Assembly: GCA_963667015.2 (NCBI GenBank)
Contig: CAXXJJ010000001.1
Span: 2,496,001-2,560,000, forward strand
DNA: 64,000 nucleotides
Direction: 5' to 3'
DNA from: Desulfatiglandales bacterium
GTDB taxonomy: Bacteria; Desulfobacterota; DSM-4660; Desulfatiglandales; HGW-15
Shown here: positions 11,110 through 20,662 of the stretch, piece after piece
Layout of the letters: every line of letters starts with the position of its first letter
Position numbering within the stretch: the first letter of the stretch is position 1
Position numbers and translations under genes: made by a program
The notes under the pieces: model-generated
Told to the model about the DNA's origin: nothing
Databases searched by the model: none
What the model saw: the letters and a program-made list of their open reading frames with translations, nothing else

Positions 11110-11830
11110 ATGGCAAGACTTGCAGTTAATGTTGACCATGTCGCAACAATAAGACAGGCAAGGGGAATTGATTTCCCTGATCCGGTTTTTGCAGCCGGCC
11201 TGGCTGAGATGGCAGGGGCGGATTGTATTATCTGCCACCTGAGAGAGGACAGGCGTCATATAAACGACAGGGACCTGAGACTTCTCAGGGAAACAGTTAA
11301 AACCAGGCTGAACATGGAAATGGCGGCCGTGGATGAAATGGTAAATATCGCAGGGAAGGTAAGGCCGGATCTTGTAACCCTTGTCCCTGAAAAAAGGGAG
11401 GAGCTGACCACAGAAGGCGGACTTGATGTGGCGGCAAATCCCGATCATTACCGAAGGGTAGTGGAGAATCTCAGGGAAAAGGACATAATGGTAAGTTTTT
11501 TTATAGACCCTGATCCGGTCCAGATCGAGACTGCCCACAAGGTCGGCGGCGATATTGTCGAGATACACACCGGACATTATTCCGAGGCAAAAAATGAATC
11601 AGAGGCAGAGGAACAGTTTTAAAAGAATTGTAAAGGCAGTTGAGGCATGCAGTGATCTTGATCTCGGTATAAGCGTGGGTCATGGCCTCAACTATACAAA
11701 TATAAAAAGATTCAGCGTGCTGCCACAGATAGATGAATACAGTATCGGACACGTGATTGTCGCAAAGGCTGTTTATGTTGGTTTTGAAAAAGCAGTGCGG
11801 GAGATGATTGATCTGGTTAAGGATTTCTGA
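11110..11830 (+). CDS. pdxJ: Pyridoxine 5'-phosphate synthase, apparent +1 frameshift at ~11617-11620 (likely sequencing error)
   Basis: [29 protein letters not shown] in one frame; GHGLNY and SIGH in the next. Removing one T from CAGTTTTAAA joins them. Confidence 0.9.
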
Positions 11831-12207
11831 TGATTTATGGAACAGGTGTAGATATTATAAAAATCTCCCGCATAGAGAAGGTAATCAAAAAATGGGGAGA
11901 CAGGTTTATTGACCGTGTCTTTACTCCGGAGGAAAAGGCGTTCTGCCTCAAGAGGATAAAGCCCTATCCTGCCTTTGCACTCCGTTTTGCCGCAAAGGAG
12001 GCCTTTTCAAAGGCCCTTGGTACAGGGATGAAAAATGGCGTATTCTGGAGGGATATAGAGGTCTTTCACTTTAAAAGTGGAAAACCCGGTCTCAATATAT
12101 ATGGAACCGCTCTCTCCCTTTGTGAAAAGGAAGAGATAAAATCTTTTCATGTAAGCCTTTCCGATGAAGATGAATATGGCATAGCAATGGTTATCCTGGA
12201 GAAATAA
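11830..12207 (+). CDS. acpS: Holo-ACP synthase
   Basis: GTGVDI, RFAAKEAFSKALGTG, SGKP. Confidence 0.95.
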   Translation: MIYGTGVDIIKISRIEKVIKKWGDRFIDRVFTPEEKAFCLKRIKPYPAFALRFAAKEAFSKALGTGMKNGVFWRDIEVFHFKSGKPGLNIYGTALSLCEKEEIKSFHVSLSDEDEYGIAMVILEK

Positions 12208-12209
12208 AC

Positions 12210-13814
12210 ATGAGACTTGTAACTGCTTCCCAGATGCGTGATATGGACAGTATGACTATAAATGAGGCAGGTATCCCGGGTGTGGTCCTCATGGAAAACG
12301 CTGCGAGGAGCGCAGCAAAGGTATTTCTGGAGCATTTTAATCCGATTGATGGCTCTTCTATTGTTATTCTCTGCGGAAAAGGGAATAACGGCGGAGATGG
12401 CTATGTCATGGCCAGGTATCTTCATGAAAAGGGAATGAATGTTACTGTCGGGATAACAGGCGAAAAATCTGCCATTTCAGGCGATGCCCTTGTAAACCTT
12501 AAGATAATAGAAAAACTCGGTCTCAAAATATTCGAAATAACAGATGATGAATCATTGCAGGGATTTAAGGATAACCTGATAAACTGCAGTTATATGGTTG
12601 ATGGATTGCTGGGTACAGGGCTTAACTCACCTGTGCGGGGTTTATATAAAAAAATAATCGACATTGTTAATATGTCCGGCAAACCGGTAATGTCCATAGA
12701 TATCCCGTCAGGCCTCAATGCTGATACTGGTCAGAAAATGGGTACGGCTGTTAAGGCCGATCTGACAGTAACTTTCGGTTTTCCGAAACCGGGACAACTG
12801 GTATACCCCGGGGCAGGACTTGTCGGAAGGCTTATAAATATTGATATAGGTATTCCGGGCACAGTCAGTAGAAGGTTTGAATCCAGCCACAGACTCATCG
12901 AACCGGAAGATTTTATTTCAGATATCTGCAGAGATAAAAGAGACGCGCACAAGGGTTCGAGAGGTCATCTCCTTGTGCTGGCAGGTTCTACAGGAAAGAC
13001 TGGTGCAGCAGCACTTACTGCACTGGGGGCATTGAGGACCGGCGCGGGCCTGGTAACCGTCGGCGTTCCTAAAAGTCTGAATCCTGTTATGGAATGCAAG
13101 CTTACCGAGGCAATGACCGTTCCCCTACCGGAAACGGAAGATGGATCTCTGTCTCTCAATGCCGGAGACGATATCGTCAGGCTGTTATCCGGAAAGACAG
13201 CCCTTGCCATAGGACCAGGGCTTTCTACACATCCCGAAACTGTTGAACTTGTAACCAATATTATCAAAGACTGCGAGCTTCCCATGGTAATCGATGCCGA
13301 TGCACTTAACGCCCTTTCTCTTAGTTCAGGGAGTCTTGAATTGCTGGATGGAAAGAAAATACTTACCCCCCATCCTGGCGAAATGGGAAGGCTTATGGGT
13401 ATGGAGTCCAGGGAAATCCAGGCTGACCGCCTGAAAATCTCCTGTGAATTCGCAAAAAAATATGGGTGTAATCTGGTTTTAAAAGGAGCAAGGACAGTTA
13501 TAGCCGACCCTGCGGGCGTCCTTTATATTAATCCTACCGGGAACCCTGCTCTGGCAACAGGCGGAACAGGAGATGTTCTTACAGGTATTATCTCAGGGCT
13601 CCTGGCAAGAGGGGTATCCGAAGTAAAAGCCGCTGCAGCAGGTGTTTACCTGCAAGGGCTTGCTGCTGATTATATTGCCGAACAAAACGGCGAATCAGGT
13701 CTGATCGCCTCTGATCTTCCTGATGTTATACCGTTTATTATGAATTCTCTTATTTCAGGCGTATACCCGCTCGAAAATGCAAATCTGATTTCTGATCTGA
13801 AACATCCTGTATAA
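12210..13814 (+). CDS. nnr: Bifunctional NAD(P)H-hydrate epimerase/dehydratase
   Basis: GKGNNGGDG, DIPSG, HKGSRG, TPHPGEM, ATGGTGDVL. Confidence 0.95.
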   Translation: MRLVTASQMRDMDSMTINEAGIPGVVLMENAARSAAKVFLEHFNPIDGSSIVILCGKGNNGGDGYVMARYLHEKGMNVTVGITGEKSAISGDALVNLKIIEKLGLKIFEITDDESLQGFKDNLINCSYMVDGLLGTGLNSPVRGLYKKIIDIVNMSGKPVMSIDIPSGLNADTGQKMGTAVKADLTVTFGFPKPGQLVYPGAGLVGRLINIDIGIPGTVSRRFESSHRLIEPEDFISDICRDKRDAHKGSRGHLLVLAGSTGKTGAAALTALGALRTGAGLVTVGVPKSLNPVMECKLTEAMTVPLPETEDGSLSLNAGDDIVRLLSGKTALAIGPGLSTHPETVELVTNIIKDCELPMVIDADALNALSLSSGSLELLDGKKILTPHPGEMGRLMGMESREIQADRLKISCEFAKKYGCNLVLKGARTVIADPAGVLYINPTGNPALATGGTGDVLTGIISGLLARGVSEVKAAAAGVYLQGLAADYIAEQNGESGLIASDLPDVIPFIMNSLISGVYPLENANLISDLKHPV

Positions 13815-13843
13815 ATTAATCCTGAAGATTCTTTTTAATTATT

Positions 13844-13952
13844 TTACAACTTGTATGGTATTTCAACAAAAGGATGTTTGCGAGGATTAAAATCTTTGGT
13901 GTTACGGGTACAGAGTTTCAGATTATAATATGTTAAGAAGTCTGTTCAGCAT
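13844..13952 (-). pseudogene. Internally deleted PIN/VapC toxin remnant
   Basis: ATG MLNRLL overlaps the antitoxin end and joins out of frame to YNLKLCTRNTKDFNPRKHPFVEIPYKL*, a PIN-like C-terminus (TRNxKDF). Confidence 0.6.
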
Positions 13953-14190
13953 CCTTTTCACTCCATTCCGACCTTATTTTCTTCTGGTATTCCAATCCGT
14001 CACCCTCTTCCCATATCCCTTGAGTCTCGCGGACCATTGTTTTATAAAAATTTTCAGATTCCTTTTCCTTTAATTCTAAAATTCCCCGTGGAATGGTCTC
14101 AGCCATGGAGATGTCATGACTTTTGCTATATGCCTCCAGCCATGATTTGTCTTTATCCGAAATAGTAATAATTGTTCTCTGGCTGCCCAT
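13933..14190 (-). CDS. CopG/ribbon-helix-helix antitoxin-like protein
   Basis: RTIITISDKDK beta-strand/helix; GIW...DGLEYQKKIRSEW antitoxin-like tail. Confidence 0.7.
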   Translation of the reverse strand: MGSQRTIITISDKDKSWLEAYSKSHDISMAETIPRGILELKEKESENFYKTMVRETQGIWEEGDGLEYQKKIRSEWSEKDAEQTS

Positions 14191-14212
14191 GTTTTTCACC
14201 TCTATAAATGTG

Positions 14213-14228
14213 ATATCATATATGATAT
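14213..14228. promoter_or_regulatory. Palindromic operator upstream of the antitoxin
   Basis: Perfect 16-bp palindrome ATATCATATATGATAT. Confidence 0.5.
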
Positions 14229-14588
14229 ATCATGTCCTGACATTAGTCAATCCAACCGGAAGCATGATAACTAAGAGCAGGCTGAAGCGTTTAAGTTTAT
14301 AGATTATTAGTTTTTTGTTTTTCCCTTCGTTTTTCCTGACAGCCCTCAGTCTAAAATGCTTCAGCCTGCCTTTAGATCAACCTCCGGCTCCAGATCACTG
14401 ATCTCTAGCTTTTCTCTTACATTTTTCACCCATAAAGTCTTAGAAAAGAAGACTATATCGATTGCGGTTTAATGATTTACTGTATTTAATGTCTTTTCGA
14501 GTGATCAGTCTCTGCCTGATTGCTCATTAATATAATTATTCATAAAAAGTATTTTTGTCGTCATTCTTTGGCTTGCCAATAAAATCAG

Positions 14589-15862
14589 TTAACTAACTGC
14601 TCGTTTTAATAATCGTCTTAAAAAATCTAAATAATACTCTGGACCGTGACCACCTGATGATCTGTCGAGAGACTGCTGATACCAACCAATTACAAATAAT
14701 ATTTCATGAACATGAACATTCTTTTTTTCGATCTCTTGGCCGCCTGATGCCAAATAGGAATCTATCAGCCGTTCCAAACCGGATTCAACTTGAAAAGGTT
14801 TTTTAACTCCACGGGTTACAATAGCAAGATCATAAGAAGGGTCTCCCAGGCGTGAATACTCCCAGTCAATTACAAACATTCCATCTTCTAAAGTCTGCAG
14901 AATATTCTGCCCAAGTAAATCACCATGTATCAGCACCGATTTTTGTCTGCCTGGCAAGTTTTCCGAAATCCAGCTAAGTGCGTCCTGAATCTCTGATTCA
15001 TTTAATTTGTTAAAATCATTTATTTTTGAAATCGCATGATCTTCTCTGGTTTTATATTTCTTTAAACTCTCAGGTAAGTTTTGCACAGGAAAAACATGAA
15101 GCTCAGCAGCAATTTTGGCCACTATTTCCCACGGTTTTTTATTTAACGATTTTGCAGTTTTTATTTCGAGTGGAAACCCTCTTATGAAAGAAGTAAATGA
15201 AAAGAGGCTGCCATCTTTCCAGAAAATTCCCATTGGTTTTGGTACTGAAAAACACTCAGTTTTATTATAAATGGATTCCAGAACATACTGTTCTTTAATC
15301 AGTCGTGAGTAGACATCAATATCTGCATATTTAATATAAGGCTTACTGCTAATAAATCATGTTCTTCTTCTCCATCATTAATTATTGTAACATCAGCCCT
15401 GTATACTTCTCTACTTAATCCCTCACCTATTTTAGTAACCCATTCAATTTGATATTTTATCCGATCCTGATAGTATAATGGCAGCATAATATTTAGAGCA
15501 GATCGAGCTATAGCCCAGCCTGCTCCATTCAACACAACATCCAACTTAGCTGGTGAAGACAATTTGTCATTAGTCTGCACACGATCTTTTGGCAACAATA
15601 TCAATGTATCGTCAATCGCTAACCAATCTTCTCCATAAGGTTTTGGTATATTTGTACAGTATTTATTTCTTCGATGTTTCACTTCGATGTATACCTTAAG
15701 GGCGCCAATGGACAACAAAGTATGAAGACCATTGATGCTGTTTAATTCCAATCGGAATGAAAAACCAGCCAGATCTCCTTGAAAGTGGTTAGCCCTTAAA
15801 GGGGAATAAGTCCCCATGAATTTCATACGTTTCGTAGTCGTCGGTGCCTTTTGGGAATACAA
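14589..15862 (-). pseudogene. Aminoglycoside phosphotransferase/choline kinase-family protein with frameshift near 15343
   Basis: IGEGLSREVY glycine loop upstream; HGDL and IDWEY..GDPSYDLA downstream. One added A gives LLAVKPYIKYADIDVY... in a continuous frame. Start uncertain. Confidence 0.7.
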
Positions 15863-16045
15863 ATGTTAAGGGTTGAAAATGGATTCCCGCATGCGCCTGG
15901 ATATTATCACCATATAAAGGGGGCATCTCCCTCGTCAGTGGAAGTATTCTTCATTTCCATGCAAGAAATCCAGTATCTTTACGCGATAATAAAATCAATA
16001 AAAACAGATATTAATAAAATAAATAAGAAAAGATAAAGAATTATG

Positions 16046-16092
16046 TTGACAAAGATTATACGTGTAATCGATAATGCGATTACGCGCGTAAT
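16046..16092 (+). promoter_or_regulatory. Sigma70 promoter with two BlaI/CopY-type operators
   Basis: TTGACA (16046) and GATAAT (16070); dyads GATTATACGTGTAATC (16054-16069) and ATTACGCGCGTAAT (16079-16092). Confidence 0.75.
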
Positions 16093-16109
16093 TTATATAA
16101 GGAGGAAAA

Positions 16110-16487
16110 ATGAATCAAATACCAACCATCTCGGAGGCAGAACATCAGGTTATGAAAATCATCTGGAAGGATAATCCGATTATGGCTTCCGATATCATCA
16201 ATGTCTTGACGAAGACAACAGACTGGAAACCAAAAACAATTAAAACACTTATAAACCGGCTGTTGAAAAAAGGCGCTATCGGTTTTGAAAAATCCGGTAG
16301 AGAATATAATTACTATCCGCTCATTGAAGAGGCAGATTTTGTAAAGACCGAAAGCCGTATGTTTGTTAAACGGCTTTTCGGTGGCTCAATGAAACCCATG
16401 CTTGTTTCAATGGTGGAAAACGAGGATCTGACCCTGGAAGATATCGATGAACTCAGGAAATATATCATGGAGAAGAAAAAGGGGTAA
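16110..16487 (+). CDS. BlaI/MecI/CopY-family repressor
   Basis: ISEAEHQVMKIIW, WKPKTIKTLINRL. Confidence 0.92.
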   Translation: MNQIPTISEAEHQVMKIIWKDNPIMASDIINVLTKTTDWKPKTIKTLINRLLKKGAIGFEKSGREYNYYPLIEEADFVKTESRMFVKRLFGGSMKPMLVSMVENEDLTLEDIDELRKYIMEKKKG

Positions 16488-16492
16488 CAGCA

Positions 16493-17863
16493 ATGGAAAA
16501 TATATCCTTTGATACAGCAGCAATGCTGGGCTGGCTCTTTGAATCAACACTGCATATCAGCGTATTCATCTGCCTTATACTTGTATTAAAGGCCGTTACA
16601 AGGGGAAGGCTGCCTGCATGGTGGAGCTATGGCCTGTGGATTTTGCTGGTTTTCAGAATGCTTCTGCCATGGGGTATTGAGACACCTCTCAGCATCTTTA
16701 ATTTTTTCCCGGCACCGCCTGGAAATGAGGTCTATATGCCTCTCCTGATGTCACAGGAATTGAATATACCCTTTCTTGAGGATGCATCCTCTGCCGTATC
16801 ACTGGACAGGATATTGCTGACCGTATGGCTCGCAGGGATTTTATTTTTCACCATTACAACCCTGTTTAAAAACCTTGCATTCTGGGCCGCCATCAGAAGA
16901 GTATCCCCTGTAACAGACAGTTCAGTCCTGGATCTGCAGGATGAGTGCAGGGCATTGCTGGGATGCAGGAAGCCAGTGCAGGTAGTGGTTACAGAAAAGG
17001 TAAAGAGCCCCGGGCTTTTTGGGTACCTGAAGCCGAGGCTGTTACTGCCCCCGGATTTTCTTGATACAGTTAAAAAGGATGAACTGCAGTGTGTCTTCTA
17101 CCATGAACTGGGTCACCTGAAAAGTCATGATATAGGCATTTCATGGCTGGTAGCCGTTTTGCAGGTTGTCTACTGGTTTAATCCCTTTGTATGGTATGCA
17201 TTCCATAATATGAGGGTCGACCAGGAGGTTGCCTGCGATGCCTATGTACTGAGCCGCATAAAACAGGTCAAGCCTTCTGACTACGCCAATACTATTGTTG
17301 GACTTCTTGAACGCTTTATTCAAAATCGTCAACTGCCTTCTTTAGCCGGAATCATCGAAAATAAATCCCAAATAAAAAGGAGGATTGCCATGATAATGAA
17401 TTTTAAAAAACATACATATAGAATGACCTTAGTTTCGGTTTTTATACTTTTTACAGTAGGATTTGTCTTTTTTACAGGTGCGAGCGGTTTCTCCAGCGAG
17501 GACCAGGAAAGCACTACAGTCATTGCAGTTAAAACTGCCTACGGGGATGCCAAAAAGCTGAATGAAGTTGATACTCCGCCGCGGATAATTCGTGCTATAC
17601 CGCCAGTTTATCCTTATGAAGCAAAGGAGCAGCAGCTTAATGGCAGGGTTGTCCTGCGATTTATTGTTGATACCGAGGGATGGGCATGTGAGCCCGAGGT
17701 GATCAGTGCTGAACCTGAAGGTATTTTTGATCAGGCTGCACTGGATGCAGTTGCTGAATATCAGTTCACACCGGCTACAAAGGACGGAAAACCGGTTAAC
17801 TGTATTGTCATGATGCCTGTAGTATTTAAAATGTATGAAGATAATGAAGTGATGGAACAGTAA
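16493..17863 (+). CDS. M56 (BlaR1-type) metallopeptidase fused to a TonB C-terminal domain
   Basis: HELGH, WFNP, EVACD; C-terminal PVYP...GRVVLRFIVD..G...FDQAALDAV..YQFTPATKDGKPV. Confidence 0.9.
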   Translation: MENISFDTAAMLGWLFESTLHISVFICLILVLKAVTRGRLPAWWSYGLWILLVFRMLLPWGIETPLSIFNFFPAPPGNEVYMPLLMSQELNIPFLEDASSAVSLDRILLTVWLAGILFFTITTLFKNLAFWAAIRRVSPVTDSSVLDLQDECRALLGCRKPVQVVVTEKVKSPGLFGYLKPRLLLPPDFLDTVKKDELQCVFYHELGHLKSHDIGISWLVAVLQVVYWFNPFVWYAFHNMRVDQEVACDAYVLSRIKQVKPSDYANTIVGLLERFIQNRQLPSLAGIIENKSQIKRRIAMIMNFKKHTYRMTLVSVFILFTVGFVFFTGASGFSSEDQESTTVIAVKTAYGDAKKLNEVDTPPRIIRAIPPVYPYEAKEQQLNGRVVLRFIVDTEGWACEPEVISAEPEGIFDQAALDAVAEYQFTPATKDGKPVNCIVMMPVVFKMYEDNEVMEQ

Positions 17864-17885
17864 AGGTATATTTTTCTGCTATCAG

Positions 17886-17929
17886 ATCAGCCGAGCAGGT
17901 TGGATTTTAACCCAACCTGCTCAGCTGAT
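17886..17929. terminator. Hairpin between convergent genes
   Basis: ATCAGCCGAGCAGGTTGG / CCAACCTGCTCAGCTGAT. Confidence 0.6.
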
Positions 17930-17936
17930 AAATTAA

Positions 17937-18023
17937 TGTAGGGGCACGGCGTGCCGTGCCCTTGTATACACACCGATGCATATAGCATTTTACCTTGAGG
18001 GCACAATGCGCTGTGCCCCTACA
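17937..18023. repeat. Inverted pair of GTAG-type REP sequences
   Basis: TGTAGGGGCACGGCGTGCCGTGCCCT (17937-17962) and, on the - strand, TGTAGGGGCACAGCGCATTGTGCCCT (17998-18023). Confidence 0.75.
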
Positions 18024-18035
18024 AGTGATTCCTGA

Positions 18036-20441
18036 TCACATTGAAATTTCACTTCGGTTTATAAGCTCATTCTGAAGATCTTCATACAGTTCAACAAAAT
18101 ATGCAGAAAAGCCTGCAACCCTTACAACCAGGTCCTTATAGTCATCAGGGTTAGCCTGTGCCTGTTTCAGTGTCTCGGCATCCACGATATTGTACTGCAG
18201 CTGCATTCCGCCCTGTTTGAAAAAACTCTGGATAAACTGTTTCATCTTTTCCGTTCCTCCCTGTCCTTCAATGGATGAAGGATGAAATTTCATATTGAAC
18301 TGAAGACCATTGCCATAATTGGATGGATTTAACGCAAGTACTGATCGTGCTACACCTGTCGGGCCGTTTTTTATAACCCCGTGGGAAGGGGAGGCCGAGT
18401 CAGAGATAGGCTGGCCGTTAAGTCTTCCGTCCGGTGTTGCCCATGTCATGTACCCGTGAAGCACATGTGCCCCGGCCGAATATATTCCGGGCCTGTATTT
18501 TCCCCGTGAGTTTTCGTAGGTATAGGTGCGGCCGGTGTAAAGGTCCGATACCCATGATGCAATTTCATCGGCGTATGGATCACCGTTCCCGTAGTGCGGG
18601 ACCTCGTTTATGACCTGCTGCCGCAGCAGTTCATAACCCTTCCAGTCTGCCATTACTGCATCATAAAGCTCCTTTGCAGTGCACAGCTTTTTGTCAAATA
18701 TCATGTATTTAATAGCCGAAAGGCTGTCAACAACAGAAGCGATTCCCAGAATGGCCGTGCCCGTGGAGTTATATTTCGCTCCACCCTGCATCATATCGCG
18801 GCCCTTTTCCATACAGCCGTCCATTGTGGCAGAGGCCATTGGTACAGGCATAAACTCGGCAACAATATCTCCCACAACATTGTTTATCCTGAAATGCCAG
18901 TCCATGAAATATTCAAGCTGTCTCTTAAAGGCATCCCTTACCTGGTTGAAGCTCTCCATTTCATAGAGGTATCCTGTCTCAAGGCCCCCCGGCTGATTAT
19001 TCTGGGGATTGATGCCGTTGTTTATGGCCTGAAGGAGTATGTTAATAATATTCATAAATCCCTGGGAGCAGGGTGAACTTACATTGGACCATTCACAGCC
19101 TGAACCTGAAAGTTCAACGCAGCCTATTACGCAGTAATTGCGTGCGTCCTCTATGGCGAGTCCCCGCCTGTGAAGGACATCGATAATCAGGTCGGCGTTT
19201 TCAATGCATGGGATGCCGTATACGATTTTTGATGTTTCGATTCCAGACTCTATCAGTTCCGCGGGTGAGTCATCATGAATGCCAAGAGACAGGGTAGGGT
19301 CATGGAGTTTTAACCTTGCTGCGGACTGTAGGCATAGAAAGGTTGCCTCATTTGTGGCATCACTGCCGTCCGGTTTTCTCCCTCCTATGGTAATGCGCAG
19401 GTTGTTGGAGTAGGAACCTGCAACACGGGTAATAATTATCGGCCCGCTGAAAAACAGATCCGCGGTCTTTATAAAAAAGCAGTCCATGAGTTCCTGGGCC
19501 TCATCCATGGTAAGCCTGCCAGTATCAAGATCGGTCTTAAGGTAATCTCCCGCATGCTGGTCAAGGCGGCCGATGGTTAGACCGAGATAATTTCCTTCTA
19601 TTAAAAGGATATACTGGTAGAGCAGGCATATCTGCAATGCATCGTGGAAATTGCGGGCAGGGTTTTCCATGATCCAGTCAAGGGAGTCTGCCATTTTTAA
19701 AAGCTCATCACGGCGTTTTACTTTGTTCAGTTCATCTGCCTGAACGCGGCATTCCTCTGCATAGCGTTTTGCCAGAAGGATGGCCGAATCACAGCTTATG
19801 ACTATTGCCTCATAAAAGGAGTGTTTCTCGTAATTATCATCTCCGGCACTGCCCTGCAGTTCTTTTATTTTATCCAGGGCTTCCTGTCTTATTGTACCAA
19901 AGCCCTTTTTCACTGCCTTGCGGTAGTTCGCATTGTAATGCCCTGCCGGATTACTTCCGTTAAATGTAGCGCTGATACCCACACCGGCAGTACCTATCTT
20001 ATCCACTCCTTCAGGCAGTCTGCCTGCAAACCTTGCTGCAAGGCAGTTCTCCTGCCAGTATTTCTCAACTGAATGTACATAGCTTCTGTCTTCCTCATCC
20101 ATGTACATAAACGCGTCATGTGCCTCCTTTTTGTCAAACAGCCCGCTGTCGAGTTCATCAACAAGCCATCCCAGCCCGCCAAATTCAGGCCATAAACAGC
20201 AGCCCCGGAAACTTTTTGCCATGTTGCCCACAAGCAGTTCATCGGGCTCCACCCTGACTGTCATATTTGCCAGTATCGCATGAAGCGCCTTTGCCTGACG
20301 TATTACAGGTACATCATCCCTGTTTTCTTTTAAGAATTCGGTAAGTATTCCTGCCCGCTCGGCATCAAGCGTGGGTACAGTATCCCTGTAGCGATTACGG
20401 AGTTTTTTAACACGCGGTGTGATGTCTCTTAGCTTAAACAT
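18036..20441 (-). CDS. Glycyl radical enzyme (PFL-like superfamily, GCVE class), substrate unknown
   Basis: C-terminal VRVAGFSAYF glycyl loop; IGCVE Cys loop; GRLDQ; ATPDGR. Confidence 0.92.
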   Translation of the reverse strand: MFKLRDITPRVKKLRNRYRDTVPTLDAERAGILTEFLKENRDDVPVIRQAKALHAILANMTVRVEPDELLVGNMAKSFRGCCLWPEFGGLGWLVDELDSGLFDKKEAHDAFMYMDEEDRSYVHSVEKYWQENCLAARFAGRLPEGVDKIGTAGVGISATFNGSNPAGHYNANYRKAVKKGFGTIRQEALDKIKELQGSAGDDNYEKHSFYEAIVISCDSAILLAKRYAEECRVQADELNKVKRRDELLKMADSLDWIMENPARNFHDALQICLLYQYILLIEGNYLGLTIGRLDQHAGDYLKTDLDTGRLTMDEAQELMDCFFIKTADLFFSGPIIITRVAGSYSNNLRITIGGRKPDGSDATNEATFLCLQSAARLKLHDPTLSLGIHDDSPAELIESGIETSKIVYGIPCIENADLIIDVLHRRGLAIEDARNYCVIGCVELSGSGCEWSNVSSPCSQGFMNIINILLQAINNGINPQNNQPGGLETGYLYEMESFNQVRDAFKRQLEYFMDWHFRINNVVGDIVAEFMPVPMASATMDGCMEKGRDMMQGGAKYNSTGTAILGIASVVDSLSAIKYMIFDKKLCTAKELYDAVMADWKGYELLRQQVINEVPHYGNGDPYADEIASWVSDLYTGRTYTYENSRGKYRPGIYSAGAHVLHGYMTWATPDGRLNGQPISDSASPSHGVIKNGPTGVARSVLALNPSNYGNGLQFNMKFHPSSIEGQGGTEKMKQFIQSFFKQGGMQLQYNIVDAETLKQAQANPDDYKDLVVRVAGFSAYFVELYEDLQNELINRSEISM

Positions 20442-20662
20442 AATTAAATACCTTTTTGTTATATATGGATAATAAAAATAATATTATTATCAAATATAAC
20501 CGTTTTATGTTACTTTAGCATGTCTAACTGCCTATTATTATTGAAATATTATTTAATTTCAACAGTAAAGTATTTTTGTGTACCAAAAGATTGACAAATA
20601 CTGACAGCTGTATTTACCTATGAAAGAGGTTATAAGCATTCAATAAAAAGGGAGGAATAAAA

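Noticed and set aside
6050..15862. Programmed frameshifting or phase variation in the DUF523/1722 gene (three sites), pdxJ and the kinase gene
   Set aside because: All are single-base indels in short runs, including one in housekeeping pdxJ. Sequencing or assembly error is more likely; read mapping would decide.
16110..17863. Beta-lactam resistance regulon
   Set aside because: No penicillin-binding sensor domain and no beta-lactamase gene nearby.
18036..20441. Pyruvate formate-lyase (pflB)
   Set aside because: It lacks the adjacent Cys-Cys pair of PFL and has GCVE instead.
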